Below the pieces are notes generated by a model, which saw only the letters and a program-made list of their open reading frames with translations, was not told the origin of the DNA and did not search any database. DNA of 64,000 nt from Chiloscyllium plagiosum. Its lineage: Eukaryota. Positions 11,754 through 24,815 of this stretch are shown piece by piece. The translations under genes were made by a program, and so were the position numbers. The stretch is taken from assembly GCF_004010195.1 (NCBI RefSeq), contig NC_057718.1, positions 37,881,152 through 37,945,151 on the forward strand. Reading direction: 5' to 3'. The first letter of the stretch is position 1, and each line of letters opens with the position of its first letter.

Positions 11754-14700
11754 AAAAACTTTTATAAAATTACAACACCAACAAAACATTAGTGTATTTG
11801 TATATAACAATGGGAAGAAACACAACTATACTCATGTAAAATAAAAACAGTAAGGGAATAATAAATAAAACAGCTCAACACTACAAACATTAGCTCCTGA
11901 CCTTCAAGTGAATTGAGTATTACACATGAATTTATTCAAAATTTTTCCTTTTGAGGACATCAAGTATGCTGGATCAAGCTGTCATGGCTACACAAAAGCC
12001 CTTGTTAAAATGGCAGATAAATCTACATCCAGATAGTCTAAAAAGGGTTGCCATAATCCTATAAAAATTTCCAGTGTACCATATTCGTAAAAATGTCCAG
12101 AGGAATATGTTCCGTGATAAACCTATGCCAACCTGACAGACCCATGGGTTTTTCAGAAACCCCACATTAGAATATTTTTCCTTGCACAAAAAGTGAGAAT
12201 ATTAAAAAGTTTTTTTTTCCCATGAGTGTCCAGAGAAGATAGATTGGGTAAGCCCAGGAGAAGAGAGATAGGATCCATTTTAACCTCGGTCTCCAAGAAC
12301 CCTCTATAACTCCTGCCACAGCACTCAAATATGCACGGAATCTGCAGCAAGACTATAAACAATGAGTGACAGTACCGATATTTACTTTACACTTAGGACA
12401 TAATGAAAATACTCCCACCTTGTATTTTGAGAGATGGTGTGGGGCCAAATGGATCCTATGCAGAATCTTTAACTGCATAGCATAGGTCCTATTACAGATC
12501 AAAATCTTGCTCGCATTCTAGCAAATGACCTCCCACGCGTCCATAGAGATCTCAACCCATCGTTCTCTCTCCCAGACCCCACTAAGCTGTTCAATGCCAT
12601 CTGAAAGATCACCTCCTAACAAATGATGAAGAGTACTAATAGAGAGAGTACTTTTAGCATGAAGCACCCTCTTCTCCGTAACAGATCTGTAGGGATCCAT
12701 CAAAAACGTGGTCCATTTTTGAATAAAATCACTGATTTGAAAAAAGAAAAAAGGTCTCTGCTAGCGCAACCATACTTATGGGTTATTTGGTCAAAGGACA
12801 TCATTATTTCACTTTCAAATAAATCATCCAAACAGGAGATTTCCTAGCTGTCCAAAGCTTAAATCTGGGGTTCATTATCCCTGGCTGAAAGCCCAGCATA
12901 CTAGCTATAGGGGTAAGAAAGGACATTTTGGATATATTAACCTCACTCTGCCATATTCACTCCATCCCTTAACAGTATTAATAATTATTGGATTACTGAA
13001 GAACAACAGGCTAATGAGGGGACACTTTGCCTGAGAGGCCTCAATATCTAGCCATGTTGACACTGGATCCTCACAAGCCCAGTGTCTAACAAAAGATAGA
13101 AGGTCACTTGATTGATATCTTTTAATATCCAGGCGGTCCACTCCCCCCAACCCATGAGGCAACTACAATTTAGCCAGCTTGATAAGGTTAGCGTCAAATA
13201 AAAGAGCAAAACCATCCATTAAGTCTCCGGAATATTTGCCGAGGAAAAATTAAAGGAAGCATTTGTATAGAATATAGCAAACGGGGAGAACGTTCACTTT
13301 GATAAGAGCTACCCAGCCTAGCTAGGATATTGAAAGCACCTCCCATCGCTGACGACCTTGCTTAATCCTGTGGAGCAAATGGGCAAAATTGGCCTTAAAT
13401 AACTGGTCAAAGACTGGAGTAACAAAGATGTCTAAATAAAGAAAACCCTCCTGTGACCACTTGAAGGAGAACGTGATTCACTGTCCACCTCAGATATTCT
13501 CCTAAGACCACGCCCCCCCCATAGACATGGCCCCGATTTTGAGAAATTAAACTTATAACCCAAAAAGGAGCCAAATGAATTGATACATTGTATCAAATTG
13601 GATACCAAGACCACTGTATTCGACAAAAAAAACAAGAACATCATCTCCATATAATGTGATGTTATGCGATTTAGATCCTACATCCGGAGCAGCCAAATTA
13701 GGGTCCCTACGGATCGCCTCTGCCAGCAGCTCAATCACCAATGTGAAAAGTAAAGGTGAGAGGGTCAGCGTTGCCGACTGCCTCTATGAATATTAAAATT
13801 ACTAGATCTCACACCATTGGTTAGAACCACTGCCAGAGGATCCGTATAGAGGACCCTCACCCAACCTAAATCGTTCAAGGGTAGAGAAGAAGTACGGCCA
13901 GTCGACCCCATCAAATGCCTTTTCTGCATCTAGAGATCACTAATCCCTGAACCGACTGCTTCTGATAAGTATTCAGCAACCTCCTGACATTATTAGAGGA
14001 TGTACCGCCTCTCATAAATACATCTAGTCATCCTTGACAATGGAAGGCAGCACAGTTTCCAACCTTAATACAAAAAACTTAGACAGCACTTTAAAATCAG
14101 AATTTAAAGTGAGATGGGTCTTTAGGAGACACATTCCTTTGGAGTCTTGTCTTTATTAAGAATGAGAGAAATATTAGCCTCTCTCAGGGATGGTGGGAGG
14201 CGATCGTGGCTATGCAAGTAATTATATTTGTCTAATATTGGTCCCGACAGTATACTTATAAATTCTTTGTAAAACTAGCTAGGGGAAACCGTTGGGGCCA
14301 GGCACCTTCCCACTTTGCATCTGCTTCACAACCTCCTGTGTCTCTTGTACTGTTAAAGGGGCATTAAGGAAAAATCACCTGTTCCGAGGTAACACCTGGA
14401 AGTTCCAGCTTCTTACAGAAAGACTCCATCTTGGCCCATCCATCCTCACAATGTTCAGACTGGTATAGTTCAAAATAAAACTTCCAAAATGCACATTGAT
14501 CTTTTCAGAGATGCAAGTGACTATCCTAGTCCCATCCCTAATTGAGGTAATGGATTGGGGGCATTCTTTCTCCTGGCAAGATATGTCAGGTACCTGTCCG
14601 ACTTGTCACCATATTCAAACAGTCTTTGTTTCGTGAAGAAAAGTTCCTTTCTTGCTGCCTGTGTAAGCATGGAATTCAAGGTGGATCGAAGAGCTGTAAC

Positions 14701-15996
14701 CTGCTGCAGCTTAGCCACTGATGGCTTATCAAAATACATCTTTTCAGAAGTCTATAACCATGCCTTGAGCAGGTGCTGTTGCTTCCCCATCGGTCACTTC
14801 TGACTGGCAGAGTAAGAAATAATTATCCCCCTCGCATGAGCCTTAGCAGTCTCCCAAAGAATGGACGGGTTACTGGCCGTATCCGAATTGGTAGCTAAAA
14901 ACATCTTAAACTCATTGAGGAAATATTCGACGAACTTACTGTCCTTAGGGATAAAGGGATGCAACATCGTCCTTAATCTCAGTGTCTATATATACTGCAG
15001 CATGATCTGAAATAGTGATGTTTCCAATTATACAGGATGTTACCAAATCCAAGGATAACGCAGGAGGGTAAGGAAAAGATCAGTCCTAGTATGAGACTTG
15101 TGCAGATTAGAAAAGCGGGATGAAGATGCCTCCACATATCCACCAAACCCAATTCTGCACATGTCCACTAGTTGATTAGGTTGTGAAGAACATGTTGAGG
15201 GGTCTTTAGGCATTTTATCCATAAGAATCCATGAGGCAATTAAAGTCTCACCCGATAATAATCTGCCGTGGTGTAAGAGTCATCAGTTTGGAGAATGCAT
15301 TGATCAAAAATTTAAGGGGGTGCACTGGTGACAATAAGCATTAAAATACCATACTCTTCTTCATGTATTGGTGCTTTAAGAATGGCAATACGCCCACACT
15401 CATCGGTAATCTGATCTAACAACTTTCATGAAAGATTCTTCTGAAGGAGTATGACCACTTCCCTGTTCCTAGTATTAAAGGAGGAGAAGTATATCAGATC
15501 CAACCCACCTGCTGCAATTTCAGATGTTCCTTATCATCAAGATGAGCCTCCTGCAAAAGGGCAATGTCCATTCTCTTCTTTCTAAGACTAGAAAGCACCT
15601 TTTTCCTCTTAGCTGGCAAATGGCTCCCTCTAATATTCCAGGTACACCATTTGAGGACACATTTAGCCATGACTCTCTATAACATCATTTAATCTCCAAA
15701 AAGGAAGAACTCGATTTATCAACTGCTGAGTGTAAACAAACAAAAAGACTCATGAAACCTAAAAAAAACTTGAAGTAAAACTATCATACGAACAATTACA
15801 TAAACAAAAAACCAACAAACTAAACCAAATACAAACACTTGATGAGGGGCTCTATCCCCTGCCCACAGGGGGCACTTACATATCCCAAAAACACCTTCCA
15901 ACTTGAGCCACATCCTAGACTCAGGCCAAAAAGAAAAGAGAAAAAAAGATATTAACAAGGAAATTAAAAGTAGAGACTCTACCCATCCCCAAATAT

Positions 15997-16375
15997 GATT
16001 TGGAGATGCCGGTGTTGGACTGGGGTGTACAAAGTTAAAAATCACACAACACCAGGTTACAGTCCAACAGGTTTAATTGGAAGCACATTAGCTTTCGGAG
16101 CGACGCTCCATCAGGTGGTAGTGGAGGGCTCAATCTTAACACACAGAATTTATAGCAAAAATTTACAGTGTGATGTAACTGAAATTATACATTGAAAAAT
16201 TGATTGTCTGTTTAATTTCAGTTACATCACACTGTAAATCTTTGCTATAAATTCTGTGTGTTAGGAGTGAGCCCTCCACTACCACCTGATGAAGGAGCGT
16301 CGCTCCGAAAGCTAGTGTGCTTCCAATTAAACCTGTTGGACTATAACCTGGTGTTGTGTGATTTTTAACTTTGTA
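15997..16375. mobile_element. Non-coding palindromic PLE-derived element with hammerhead motif and 13-bp TSD, nested in the L1 inter-ORF spacer
   Basis: Inverted arms 16026-16187 and 16213-16377 with a 25-bp spacer. TSD catccccaaatat at 15984-15996 and 16376-16388. Confidence 0.85.
16283..16317 (+). ncRNA. Minimal hammerhead ribozyme motif (second family)
   Basis: CAC CTGATGA A GGAGC GTC GCTCC GAAA GC TA GTG: stem I CAC/GTG, 5-bp stem II, palindromic AGCT and a CUA triplet. Confidence 0.78.
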
Positions 16376-19300
16376 CATCCCCAAATATACATTAATGCCC
16401 ATTAATATCAGAAAAAATCAGCAACATTTTCTTAAAGAAAAGGAGAGAGAAAAAGGAAAAAGAAACACTTTTGTCCACATACTTTAACTTATCTGATCTA
16501 TTTTAAAGTGAAAATTTTTTTCACTTTTTCCTAAAAGTCAAAAGAGTGCACAGACCCATCATAAGTGAAGCGAAGCACAGCCACATACCTCAGGAAATAC
16601 TGGATACCAAGGTCTCTCAGTCTTCTCTTGGTTTCATCAAAGGTCTTCCTTTTATGAATTACAGTTGCAGAGAGGTCCTGAAAGAACATTATCTTGGAAC
16701 CTTCATAAGTTAAGGCCTGTGGATCCTTTGCCTTTATTCTGAAGGTCTCCATAACTTTAAACTTTGTCCCTGCAGGTGTGAAGTCGCACTAGGACCGCGC
16801 GAGGGTGCTGGTCCAAATCAGGCCTGTGCACCATAACTTCATGGGCCCTTTCAACTTTCACTCGGTCTGACGCGGCCTCCAGACCAAGAAATCGCGGCAG
16901 CCAGCTTTCAAAGAAGTTTACTGGCTGGTCGCCTTCCACTCCCCCTGGCAGCCCCACAACACGAACATTTTATCGCCCATCTCTATTCTTGAGGTCATCA
17001 ACTTGCTTCTGTAAGGTAAGGACCTGCTTTTCCAGTACTCAAATTCATTTAGTTGAAGAGTCAATCATGGTTTCTGAAGCTGTGGTCCTTCTTTCAACCT
17101 CCTCCATCAGGCTTCCAAGGCCTTTCAGCTGCTCCTTGTGCTTGTGGAGCATGGCCACGATTGAGTCCAGTCTAGCACAGAAATTTCCCTCAATTGACAA
17201 CTCAATCATGTCTCGCAGTTTCGCAAACTCCATAGTCAGGGCCTGGTGAGTGAGCAATTCCGATGAACTAGCTACAGCAGTGGAAGTGTCCAACTTCTCA
17301 GATGCATGTCCCGTGTGTTGGGACTTGCTGGAACCTTTACCTTTTGTCATATTTCTGTAATAACCAGACTTTATAAAACATTTATATAAGTTCTAGAGCT
17401 CTTTAAATGCTGAATTTTCATAGAAATAACTTAAGTAGGGAGGCGAGAATGCTAATCTTGCCTGAACTGAGATGCAGAGCTCAACAAAGCAGACCTCTCA
17501 GATTGCCACCATCTTGGATGCCCCCATTAGTATGTGTTAACCCAAGTTTGCATGTTCTACTGTAAAGTATCTTGTCATCATTTTGTTCTTGTGTGTTGAG
17601 TTTCTTAAATGTTAGTTATACTGTTGGAATATAGTTCATAAAGAAGCATTGAAACTAATATGAGAATGCAGAACAGTAATGGATGAAATTAAATCAGAAA
17701 CCAAGACTTGCTGACTCAAACTACAAGGATGAAATTGAATTGCATTGAGTCTCCGTGCCTGGTTTTCAAATTTAAAATGTGGGTGAGATGGGAAGTCAAA
17801 TTCTGTCTGAACTGAAGTAAAATAATTATGATGTAAATCTGTTTCTGCTAATAGTTGAATAACCAGAAACTGCCCTATGCAAACTCCACCGATGACAGTC
17901 TTTTCAATTCTGCAGCAGCCATTCCATTATATGGAAAAGAAATGGTTGAAGGCTAAAATGTATTAAGTTTTGACTATTATGATGTTGAGCTATAGAAGGG
18001 ACAATGATTGGACTACTAACAGCCTTAGTCCAGCTTCAGTCCAATTGGCTTAACTGTAGGCAGCATCGTAGTGGCTTGAAATTAATTTTTACTTGTTCTT
18101 CACTTATTGTCAAATCAATTTAAAAAGAAGTCCAATATCATTCTAGATAACTAATTTTGGTATTGGCTTCCAGTTTTCCAGGTCTGGTTCACTTTGTCTT
18201 TCTGGCTGTGAGTAAGTGAATGAATGAATTTTTATCACATTGTTGCTTAAACTGCTGCAATTTCAGGTAAGTTGTCTGGTCAGTTTTGAGATTGAACTTG
18301 TGCTTGGATGGGGGGGCGAAGAGGAAAGCAAAATATTCATTTCCCCATAAGACTCCTCCAAGGACTGTACTGTCAATATACTAATCCTATATTATGAAAA
18401 CAAAAACAGTAAATTCTGCTAAAACACAGTCATTCCATTCTCATGCAATCTCATGTTATAAGAAAATTGTGTAATAGCATCACCATTGAAACTAATGGGG
18501 CCAGGATCACATTAGAACCAAGACATGCTTAAAACTTCATGCTTTAGAAACAGTGTCTCCAATTCGTCAATTGTGTGATTGCAAATTCGTATTAACGAAA
18601 TACACATTATACAAGAACGACCTGTACAGTACTTGTGTTTTATATGCTTCATTCTTATCCCATTTTTACCAGTCTATATTTCATCCTTTGTTTTTTTGTC
18701 TGCTTTACTAGCCTGTTCCACTTTGGAAGAGCTATTCCAAAATGTGAATCACCTCTTAAATGTAGCTTATTTAAGTCAGTCAAATGGTAAACCTCTACCT
18801 GATGTGCCTGACAATCTTTGTTTCCCTTTATCAACATGTTAGAATCAAAAGAGAAGTAAAGTTCAGGATTAAAATGGCACCTTTCATCTTCAGCAGCTTA
18901 TTCTTGTTGAAACAGTACATTTTAACTGTCTCTTGAACTAATTTTACTTTGTCTTTGGTTCAGAATATTGGTGTAGACCTATGCATTCTGCATCAGTGAC
19001 AATCTTTAATAGGTGATGTACACTGCAATTAAAAATATTTCAAACTTGATTTGTACACTTGGCATCCCTTGCAAGATGCTTGCTAGATTTGTTTCACCGT
19101 GTTGAGAAGATCAGAAGCATTACTGAAGCAGTTTCTTCAAATTTGAACTTTGTTACCTTGTGTAGTTCTAATATTGACCAGACAGATTTTGTAGGAAAAT
19201 CGAACCTTGTTTGGGAAACAAAGAACAAAATGTCGGTGAAACCAGTCATTGAGTACTAATTAGAGTTTTGGTCAGCTATTTAGAGATGACAACAGTTGCA

Positions 19301-20169
19301 ATGGACAGTTCAGAGAAATGACCACTTGGTTAATTTCTTGGCTGAATGGGTTATTTTTATGAGGGAAAATGAGTAAGTTGGACTTGTGATCATTGGCATT
19401 TAGAAGAATGAGAGCTGATCTTATTGAAACATACAAGCTTCTGACTATGCTTCACAGGGGAATATTTCCACTTAGTGGGGAATCCAGAACTGGGTCATGG
19501 TTTTAAAATTTTAGCTCAAATTGGCTGCCAATTCCACAGAGGTGAGCAGTTGATTTGATGAAATGAAGGCTCATTTAGAAACATCACTAGGATCTTCCTG
19601 CCAGGTAGAGTCACCATGTACCAACTGAAAAGCTATCAGCTCATTGGAGGCACCAGCCCAGGGGTTCATCAAAGCCATGTTAGGACACTCTTGACCAACC
19701 TGCTCTTGTAGTGACCACATTTGGCGGAGTGGCTGATCCTCGGGACCTGCAAGCCCTTCAGGCTCAGGGAATTGTTGTTGAGTATACCCAATGAAAGGTG
19801 TAAATTTTGGCCAAAGGTGTGTACTGCGATATTGCATAAATAATAATAACATGTTAGAGAGTATCTGTGGAGAGAGAAAAGCTAAGTTGACTTTTTTGTT
19901 TCATGATCATTTCACAGGCTCATGTCCAACTTAACCTCATTCTCTCTAGGGGAAAGCTAAAGAGAAACTGGGCCAATGCGGGTTGAAGAATCTTTGACCA
20001 ATCATTACAACAGTTCTCCATGGTATTCAATTGCATTATCATTGTCAAATTCCCCCATAACGAGGGGTTCTCAATTAACCAGTCTGATGTTATAATGTCA
20101 ATTGCTTGGATGAGAGAAGGGTGAGGCATTCAGTTTAATCTGCATCTGCCTCAAAGATTCATTTCCTCC

Positions 20170-21250
20170 ACTACCAGCACAAAACTACAGTATATATCAT
20201 TCAAAAGATGACTTGCAGTAACTCACCTCCCAAACCTGTATTCACTATCATCTAACAGCAAATAAGAAATGGACTGATAGACACACAAACAAATGGGTAT
20301 TAGCAGCAGAGAGTCGACAACACATTGTTATCAGAGGAGGACAAACAGAAGTAGAAATACTTTGGTTTTGAGGATAAAGCAATAGTATAGAAAAGATGAT
20401 GCCGGAAGGAAAAGTAGGGGGGAAAATATAGTGTAGGTAGACAGAAGACCTGATGGAGTGGTAACATCATAGAACTAATGAAATTGAGTTTCATGAAAGT
20501 ACTAAGTGACACAAAGTCAACACAGCTGAATGAGGAGAGTTGAAAATGTGTTGCTGGAAAAGCGCAGCAGGTCAGGAAGCATCCAGGGAACAGGAGAATC
20601 GACATTTCGGGCATAAGCCCTTCAGCAATTCAGCCTTCCTGTGATATTTGCACCACACACACAAGACACATCAAGTGAGTCTGTGGGTTCACAGTTTACA
20701 CAAGCTGTTGCTGTCACTGATGATGTTTAAGGTAATGGATGGGGTGCTGGCTAATCAGGCTGCATTGTCTTAGATAGTGTTGACCTTATTAATTGTTGAA
20801 GCTGTATTCCTCCAGGCAAGTGGAAAGTATTCCATTACACTCTTGACTTGTGTCTTGTAGATGCTGGAGAAGTTTTGTAGAGCAAGGACATGAGTTATTC
20901 ACCATAGAATCCCAAGCCTCTGACCTACTACATTAGACACAATATTTATCTAGTTAAGTTTCTGGTCAATAACCCTCAGATGCTGTTTGTGATGGATTCA
21001 TTGATGGCAATGTCATTGAATGTAAAAGGGGCAATGTTTAGATTCTGTCTTGTTGGAGATAATCATTGCCTGATAATTTGCAACAAATTTCACTTGGCAC
21101 TTCTCAGCCCAAGTCTAAATGCTGTTTGGGTGTTACTGCATATGTGTTTGAACTGCTTCAGTATCTGAACAGTCACAAATTGTATTCAATACTGTGCAAT
21201 CATCAGAGAATATCTCCACTTTTGACTTTATAAAGGAGGAAAAATTATTT
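20170..21250 (-). mobile_element. LINE RT fragment (same family as 39480-40850 and 60400-61700), interrupted by other inserts
   Basis: Shares the block ccaggcaagtggaaagtattccattacactcttgacttgtgtcttgtagatg with the other copies. Confidence 0.6.
20540..20625 (-). mobile_element. Short PLE terminal-repeat fragment with truncated hammerhead motif
   Basis: Homologous to 8812-8890. Minus strand reads ..GAAGGGC TTAT GCCC GAAA TGTC. Confidence 0.7.
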
Positions 21251-22899
21251 ATGAAGCATTATGAAAAATTATTTATGGCCTCGGAAACTCTGCTAGGCAC
21301 TCCTCTGAGGAATCTTTGAAAGTATATCTTAAGGTTGAAAAACTGGCCTCCAAAAAACATAACTTTTCCATTTTGGAGCTTTACCCCTGATTCCCATTGA
21401 CTTCCATTTTTCTAATGTTCCTTGATACCACACAGTGTGAAATTCTATTACTTCACATTTGGAATTTAGCTCATTTGTCTGTGCTTGGATCAGTTCGGCA
21501 AATGAGATTAGGAGATGAGCATCAATGAAACAAGTTGTTGTTGTACAATTGCCACTGGATAACAATGTCAAAAGACACCAGCTATCACTATGCTGATGCT
21601 TGGAAGGAGACTGATGGGGGAAGCTAATTTGTGGGATATGATTTTTCTCGCCTTTTGTGAATGGCATGTACTTGGGTTAATCTTCCAGATTATTGAGTAG
21701 GTGCCACTGTTTTATCTGTCCTGAAACAGCATGCTTGAGTTATCACTAGTTCTGGCACACAAGTCTATGCTGGCCCTGAAATCTAAGAATTTGAATCCAC
21801 TGATCCTATACCATACTTCCTCAGCTCATTCAGTACAGTGCGTGGCACCAGTAAAATCTGAATTTACGTCTTTGAGGATTTTGTGCTTATGCTGTCTCCT
21901 AACTCATGGAACGCATTTTATGAAATCTGAACCCTATTCATTGTTAATTGGTTCTGACACAAGCCACAATTTTTATCTGATATCACTCCTTCACAAAGAG
22001 TTTCTGCACCAATTTCAATGTGTTCACTACATTGATACCAAGGAGCCAATTCACTACCTGCACTCACCAGTTTGAGTCAGATAGTGAAACGTTGCTGTTC
22101 AAGTAAGTCCATAACTTTGTTGGTAAAGTTATATTTATGTTTCACTTCCAGTGATATGTATCACAGAGGACCAAAGATTAATGCAAGACCAATGGCACCC
22201 ACGTGCAATATTCCAGTGGGATAGGGGCTCCCACTAATGGGAGTCAAATCTTAATGTATTATTCTTAATGCAGTGCCCAAATATTCTACCGGTCTATGTC
22301 GACACAGCTGATTTTGCAGGTGGGGAAATAGATGTACAAGACTTCTAATGGTCTGCTTACAATTTTGTTTTGTTCTGAAGATTTCTTAAATCTGCTCAAC
22401 CCAAGATATATATTCTTGGGTTGACAGAGATAAGTGAATCACAAGAGAGATGGTGTGTAATTCTATACTGAGGGAAGCAAGAGATGCCCCCATGTGAATA
22501 TTAAGTGCGCCTTTCTCAGTCACCCAGGTGAAATTATATTTCACTGCTCGTTGCCACAGTTCGCTAGTTTCAAAGCGCTATATAAACACAAGGTTTGTAT
22601 ATCGCAGACTTTGAGCGACCAGTGGAAACTGAAAATAACATTTTGAAGTACAAGGACAGAAAAATGAATACTATGAATATCTGGCAAATCTTTAGCCCAG
22701 TATAACAGGCCTTTAAATACAAAGTCTCCACAAAATTTTATCCGGACTGCAGCTTTAAAAGCGCTCCGTTAGTATCGATCTATTTTTATTTGATCTGTGT
22801 TCTTTCCAGGGTATTGACCTATATTTAAGCTTACTGAGCCTATTAAGTTGAATATTTGTTTTGGCTTTCGTTACATTGTAGAGGAGGAAACCTGATGCA

Positions 22900-23150
22900 C
22901 GTATCAGCACGATATTAATTCAATAATAAATAATCCATGAAGTTATTCCGAAGAATATTCAGTTAAAAAAAACACTTTCCCTGGACATTTCAAATACAAG
23001 AAAGCGGCCAGGTGAAGATGCAGTCTCTGACAGCCTGAGGACAACCCGGTGAAATTAAGCGCGGATTAATTTCAATCACTCAACTGGGCCACAGCTTTCT
23101 CTAAATGATTAGCGATAAAACCTATTACTGGTTTTAAGGTGACGTCTTGC
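22900..23150 (+). promoter_or_regulatory. Putative PRPH2 photoreceptor promoter
   Basis: CRX/OTX-type sites TAATCC (22931-22936), GGATTA (23063-23068) and GATTA (23107-23111); Maf/NRL-like half site TCAGCA (22904-22909); CRE-like TGACGTC (23140-23146). Confidence 0.5.
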
Positions 23151-23462
23151 ACTGTCAGATTTTTCCCGAGTGCATTCTTGGAGGAGCTCTCTCCAGTACT
23201 GGGGAAAGGTGCGCCAGGGTTAGCGCTGGAAGCGGATTCTGTCCCCCGGCTCTGGCTCGGTTACCTTGGACAGCTCACAGCGCCCACACCATTCTCGTCT
23301 CATTGGAGATTTTGCTTTTGAGGGTGGTCAGAATGGAGGGTCACAAGATTGAGTTGATCTCAGGTGGTCTGTCTCCTGCCCTTACTGCACCCATGCCCAA
23401 ATCTCACTGATTTCCCCAAATTCAATCTTCAAATCCCATTCCCTGGACTTCCGCAGTAGGAA

Positions 23463-24043
23463 ATGGCCATTCTCAAAGTCAAGTTCGACTTGCAGAAGCG
23501 TGTCAAGTTGGCTCAGGGGCTCTGGCTCCTGAACTGGTTCTGCGTCTTGGCCGGCATCGTTGTTTTTGGGATGGGCTTGTTCCTTAAGATTGAGCTGAGG
23601 AAACGAAGCGAAGTGATGGACAATGCGGAGAGCCACCTAGTCCCCAACTCCCTGATCCTGGTGGGCGTGCTGGCCTGCACCATCAACTGCTTTGGTGGCA
23701 AGTTTTGCTATGATTCCCTTGACCCTGCGAAATATGCCCGGTGGAAACCTTTCCTCAAGTTCTACCTTGGCGCCTGTTTGTTCTTCACTTGCCTGACCTT
23801 CCTCTCTGTGGTGCTGAGCTTTCTGATGAAGATCTATATGGAGGATACTCTGGCCAAGGGGCTGAAGAATAGCATGAAATATTATCGAGACACCGACACT
23901 CCGGGACGGTGCTTCATGAAAAAAACTATCGACCAACTTCAGATCGAGTTCCACTGCTGTGGCAACAACGGCTTCAGAGATTGGTTTGAAATCCAGTGGA
24001 TCAGCAACAGATACCTGGACTTCAGCTCTAAGGAGGTGAAAGA
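23463..24043 (+). CDS. PRPH2: Peripherin-2 (RDS) exon 1, 581 nt coding
   Basis: [21 protein letters not shown]...[16 protein letters not shown]...[29 protein letters not shown]. Donor GA|GTGAGT at 24044. Confidence 0.97.
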
Positions 24044-24069
24044 GTGAGTAGGATGGGAAATCGATGCAC

Positions 24070-24690
24070 GCAGACCATTGAAGGTGGCAGGAGAGAGCAG
24101 TCAATAGAGCATAAAGTGCGTTGGGTATTGTTAATAGGGGCACTGAGTACAAGAGCACAGAAGTAATGTTAAACTTGTGTAAAACACTCGTCAGACGTCA
24201 GTGTACAGTTCTGGTGTTTCGTTATAGGAAAAAATGGGAATGCATTGGAGAGCGCGCGAAGGGGTGAGGGGTTGCAGGAATGAGAAACTTCAGCTAGGAG
24301 TATAGATTGAAGAAATTGGTTTTGTTTCCCATGAAGGGAAGAGGCTGAGAGGAGATTTTATTGAGGTTTTCAAAATAATGAGCAGGCTGGATAGTGCAGA
24401 TTGGGAGAAGCTGTTTGCACCTGTAAAAAAAAAGATATGAGGGCGTAGATATGAAGTGATCCAACAAGGGTGAAGTGAGAAAAAAAGGTTTTCAATCAGC
24501 CAGTAGTTAGGGTTTGGAATGAACTCCCTGGACCTGGGGAAGGAGAGATGTTCGATTGAAGCATTCAAGAGGACATGGGATTTTGTTGGGACGGTATACA
24601 GGACATAGAGAAAAGGCAGGAGATTGACACTAGGTGACAGAGCATGCACAGGCCCGATGGGAGTATGGCCTCCTGCTGCACCGAATAATT
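24070..24690 (+). mobile_element. CR1-type LINE 3' fragment filling PRPH2 intron 1
   Basis: gagtacaagagc...gtgtacagttctgg...agaggctgagaggagattt...ggcccgatgggagtatggcctcct, all CR1-like motifs. Confidence 0.7.
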
Positions 24691-24815
24691 CAGTCATAAT
24701 GTGAAAAGTGCAGATAAGACATGGCTCAGTCTTAGTTTGAACTCGGGATTCATTTGGTGTGTTGTTGAGGTAACACTAAGAGCCGTAACCTGTCCTAAAT
24801 CTCTCCTCCTTACAG

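Larger units (their letters stand above)
11423..17525 (-). mobile_element. Full-length L1-clade LINE, decayed, with two nested insertions
   Basis: ORF1 about 17350-16531 (coiled coil, VVGLPGG..EG, ERAH, PRAVLVRL, IMFFQDLS). ORF2 starts at 15670 (MAKCVLKWCTWNIRG, an APE start), contains RT LYGDD at about 13645 and ends near WQPFLDYL at about 12030. The 5' end is GGGGGCATCCAAGATGG and the tail is A-rich. Imperfect TSD actagtttgtgtt (11410-11422) / attagtatgtgtt (17526-17538). Confidence 0.9.

Noticed and set aside
18175..18275. Splice-like signals (ttttccag...gtgagtaagt; ttcag|gtaagt) between TBCC and PRPH2
   Set aside because: No ORF or partner exons can be supported without RNA data.
24044..24047. 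ORF-track stop making PRPH2 a 194-aa protein
   Set aside because: The stop lies in the intron; GTGAGT at 24044 is the donor and exons 2-3 continue in phase.
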